DNA of 64,000 bases from Nannocystis pusilla (GTDB taxonomy: Bacteria; Myxococcota_A; Polyangia; Nannocystales; Nannocystaceae), in contig NZ_JAIRAU010000047.1 in the NCBI RefSeq assembly GCF_020073745.1, positions 221,990 to 285,989 of the forward strand, read 5' to 3'. The position numbers and the translations under genes are program-made. Every line of letters begins with the position of its first letter. Within the stretch, counting starts at the first letter, position 1. Positions 62,950-64,000 of this stretch are shown here, piece by piece. The notes below the pieces were generated by a model that saw only the letters and a list, made by a program, of their open reading frames with translations, had not been told where the DNA came from and made no database searches.

Positions 62950-63564
62950 ATGCTTATCGCGCCTCCTTATCGCTTCGTTGGCCGGTGGTGTGCCGCCGCC
63001 CTGCTCGCCCTCCTCGCCGCCACGAGCGGCGTCGCCCGGGCCGACGTCGTCGACGTGCCGCCGGACTGCCCCGACGGCGCCACCCCGAACGGCTGTCACA
63101 GCGGCCCGTACTGCAGCCCCCAGGATTGCAGCGACGACACGACCTGTCCCGAAGGCAAGGTGTGCCGGCCCGTCGAGAAGTGCGCCCAGCCCTTCGAGTG
63201 CGGCGGCGGCTTCACCACCAGCGCTGGCGGCAACCTCATCGACGACATCGTCGGCGAGTGCGGCGACGGGGGCGCCTGCGCCAAGGGGACGTGCAAGATG
63301 TTCAAGCTGTGTGTCTCGGAGAGCGCGACGACCAGCGACACCGCCGGCAGTTCCGTCACGGGCTCCGGCTCCGGCGACTCGACCGCGAGCGGCGGCTCCA
63401 GCGGCGCCGGCTCGGGCTCGGGCTCCGGCGACTCCGCCGCGAGCAGCGGCGGCGCCCCGACCAAGCCCCTCGGCTGCGACGGCTGCCGCGCCGGCGAAGA
63501 CCGCACGCCCGCGCTGATGCTGCTCGCGTCGCTGGCCCTGGCGCTGCGCCGGCGCCGACGATGA
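62950..63564 (+). CDS. Secreted Cys-rich protein with MYXO-CTERM sorting signal
   Basis: Signal peptide; Cys-rich domain; G/S-rich linker; C-terminal GCDGC + hydrophobic helix + RRRRR (MYXO-CTERM). Confidence 0.75.
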   Translation: MLIAPPYRFVGRWCAAALLALLAATSGVARADVVDVPPDCPDGATPNGCHSGPYCSPQDCSDDTTCPEGKVCRPVEKCAQPFECGGGFTTSAGGNLIDDIVGECGDGGACAKGTCKMFKLCVSESATTSDTAGSSVTGSGSGDSTASGGSSGAGSGSGSGDSAASSGGAPTKPLGCDGCRAGEDRTPALMLLASLALALRRRRR

Positions 63565-63835
63565 ACCCCCGAGCGCTCGCGTTCACCCGCGATGCCCGCC
63601 CGGCCGCGCGAACTCCTCGGCGCAACGAATTCGCCCCCGCCATCCACATGTCCCAAAGAACATTCTGTCCAAAGAGACAGCGTTGAGCCGATCGAGCGGT
63701 AGCGCCCTCGACCCCTGCCGCCCCGCGGCACGGACGCGCGACAATCGTCGTACGCGAACGCTGACGCCCGTGCAACGCAATCCAGCGCACGCCGACCCCG
63801 GTCTTCAACGAGGCGCCTGCGCACGTCCCTCCCCG

Positions 63836-64000
63836 CCCGGCCACGAGCGGGGCCCGCGACGCTCGTCGAGAGGCGGGCACGGAGCGGCGGATTTGGGACG
63901 CCGGTGGGACGGAGACGCGGTTCAGCGCGCGCAGGCGCCCGTCCTGTGCCGGATCGACGAACCTGTCCTCAAGGCCATCCTGTCCAAAGAGACAGCGCCG
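63836..64000. mobile_element. Second (truncated by window) copy of the MITE-like repeat
   Basis: 63872-63897 = the same 26-bp TIR; 63836-63990 ~90% identical to 58858-59020; ends with ...cctgtcctcaaggccatcctgtccaaagagacagcg, similar to 63640-63680. Confidence 0.5.

Overview
This 64-kb window has very high GC content (about 70%) and is gene-dense. It is almost certainly from a myxobacterium (Myxococcota), based on a MYXO-CTERM sorting signal, several eukaryote-like Ser/Thr kinases, many lipobox lipoproteins and PilZ/sigma/Hsp70 regulators. All protein calls rest on my reading of the translations for family motifs; no database search was possible.

Gene content, left to right:
- a frameshifted gene and a lipoprotein with six perfect 15-aa repeats;
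- two TPR-like lipoproteins;
- a transmembrane Ser/Thr kinase and a GNAT acetyltransferase;
- a minus-strand operon PilZ > sigma-70-family factor > lipoprotein > Hsp70-like ATPase > degenerate J-domain protein > membrane protein;
- holA, rlmD and a membrane protein;
- a five-enzyme butyryl-CoA beta-oxidation cluster (thiolase, hbd, crotonase, two acyl-CoA dehydrogenases);
- tRNA-Met(CAT) with a terminator;
- a 1219-aa Ser/Thr kinase with an ~900-aa Pro/Ala/Gly-rich tail, and a second small kinase;
- a V4R-PAS histidine kinase and a pirin;
- an ACP / fatty-acyl-AMP-ligase / PlsC-acyltransferase fusion;
- an OmpA/TSP3 protein, an ArsC-like protein, a beta-barrel protein and a class V aminotransferase;
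- two paralogous Cys-rich lipoproteins;
- a putative Fur-controlled operon lipoprotein > TonB-dependent receptor > PepSY > aminopropyltransferase-like > ATP-grasp ligase;
- an imelysin-like lipoprotein, a roadblock protein, a ferredoxin and two LPG-synthase-TM paralogs;
- an alkyl-sulfatase, an alpha-amylase, an epimerase with a divergent LysR regulator, small hypothetical genes and a MYXO-CTERM protein.

The most striking non-genic signal is a dispersed family of tandem arrays of 3 to 7 units with exact 14-bp periodicity. Each unit is the 10-bp palindrome GGACATGTCC (degenerate form RRACATGYYC, variant GACAGGTC) plus a 4-bp spacer. Arrays sit at more than 30 loci: in nearly every intergenic gap (promoter-side and convergent 3' ends alike) and also in-frame inside disordered linkers of several genes.

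Other non-genic features are a ~200-bp repeat with 26-bp terminal inverted repeats present in two copies about 5 kb apart, a 37-bp tandem repeat, an AT-rich divergent promoter with Fur-like boxes, and several isolated palindromic operator candidates.
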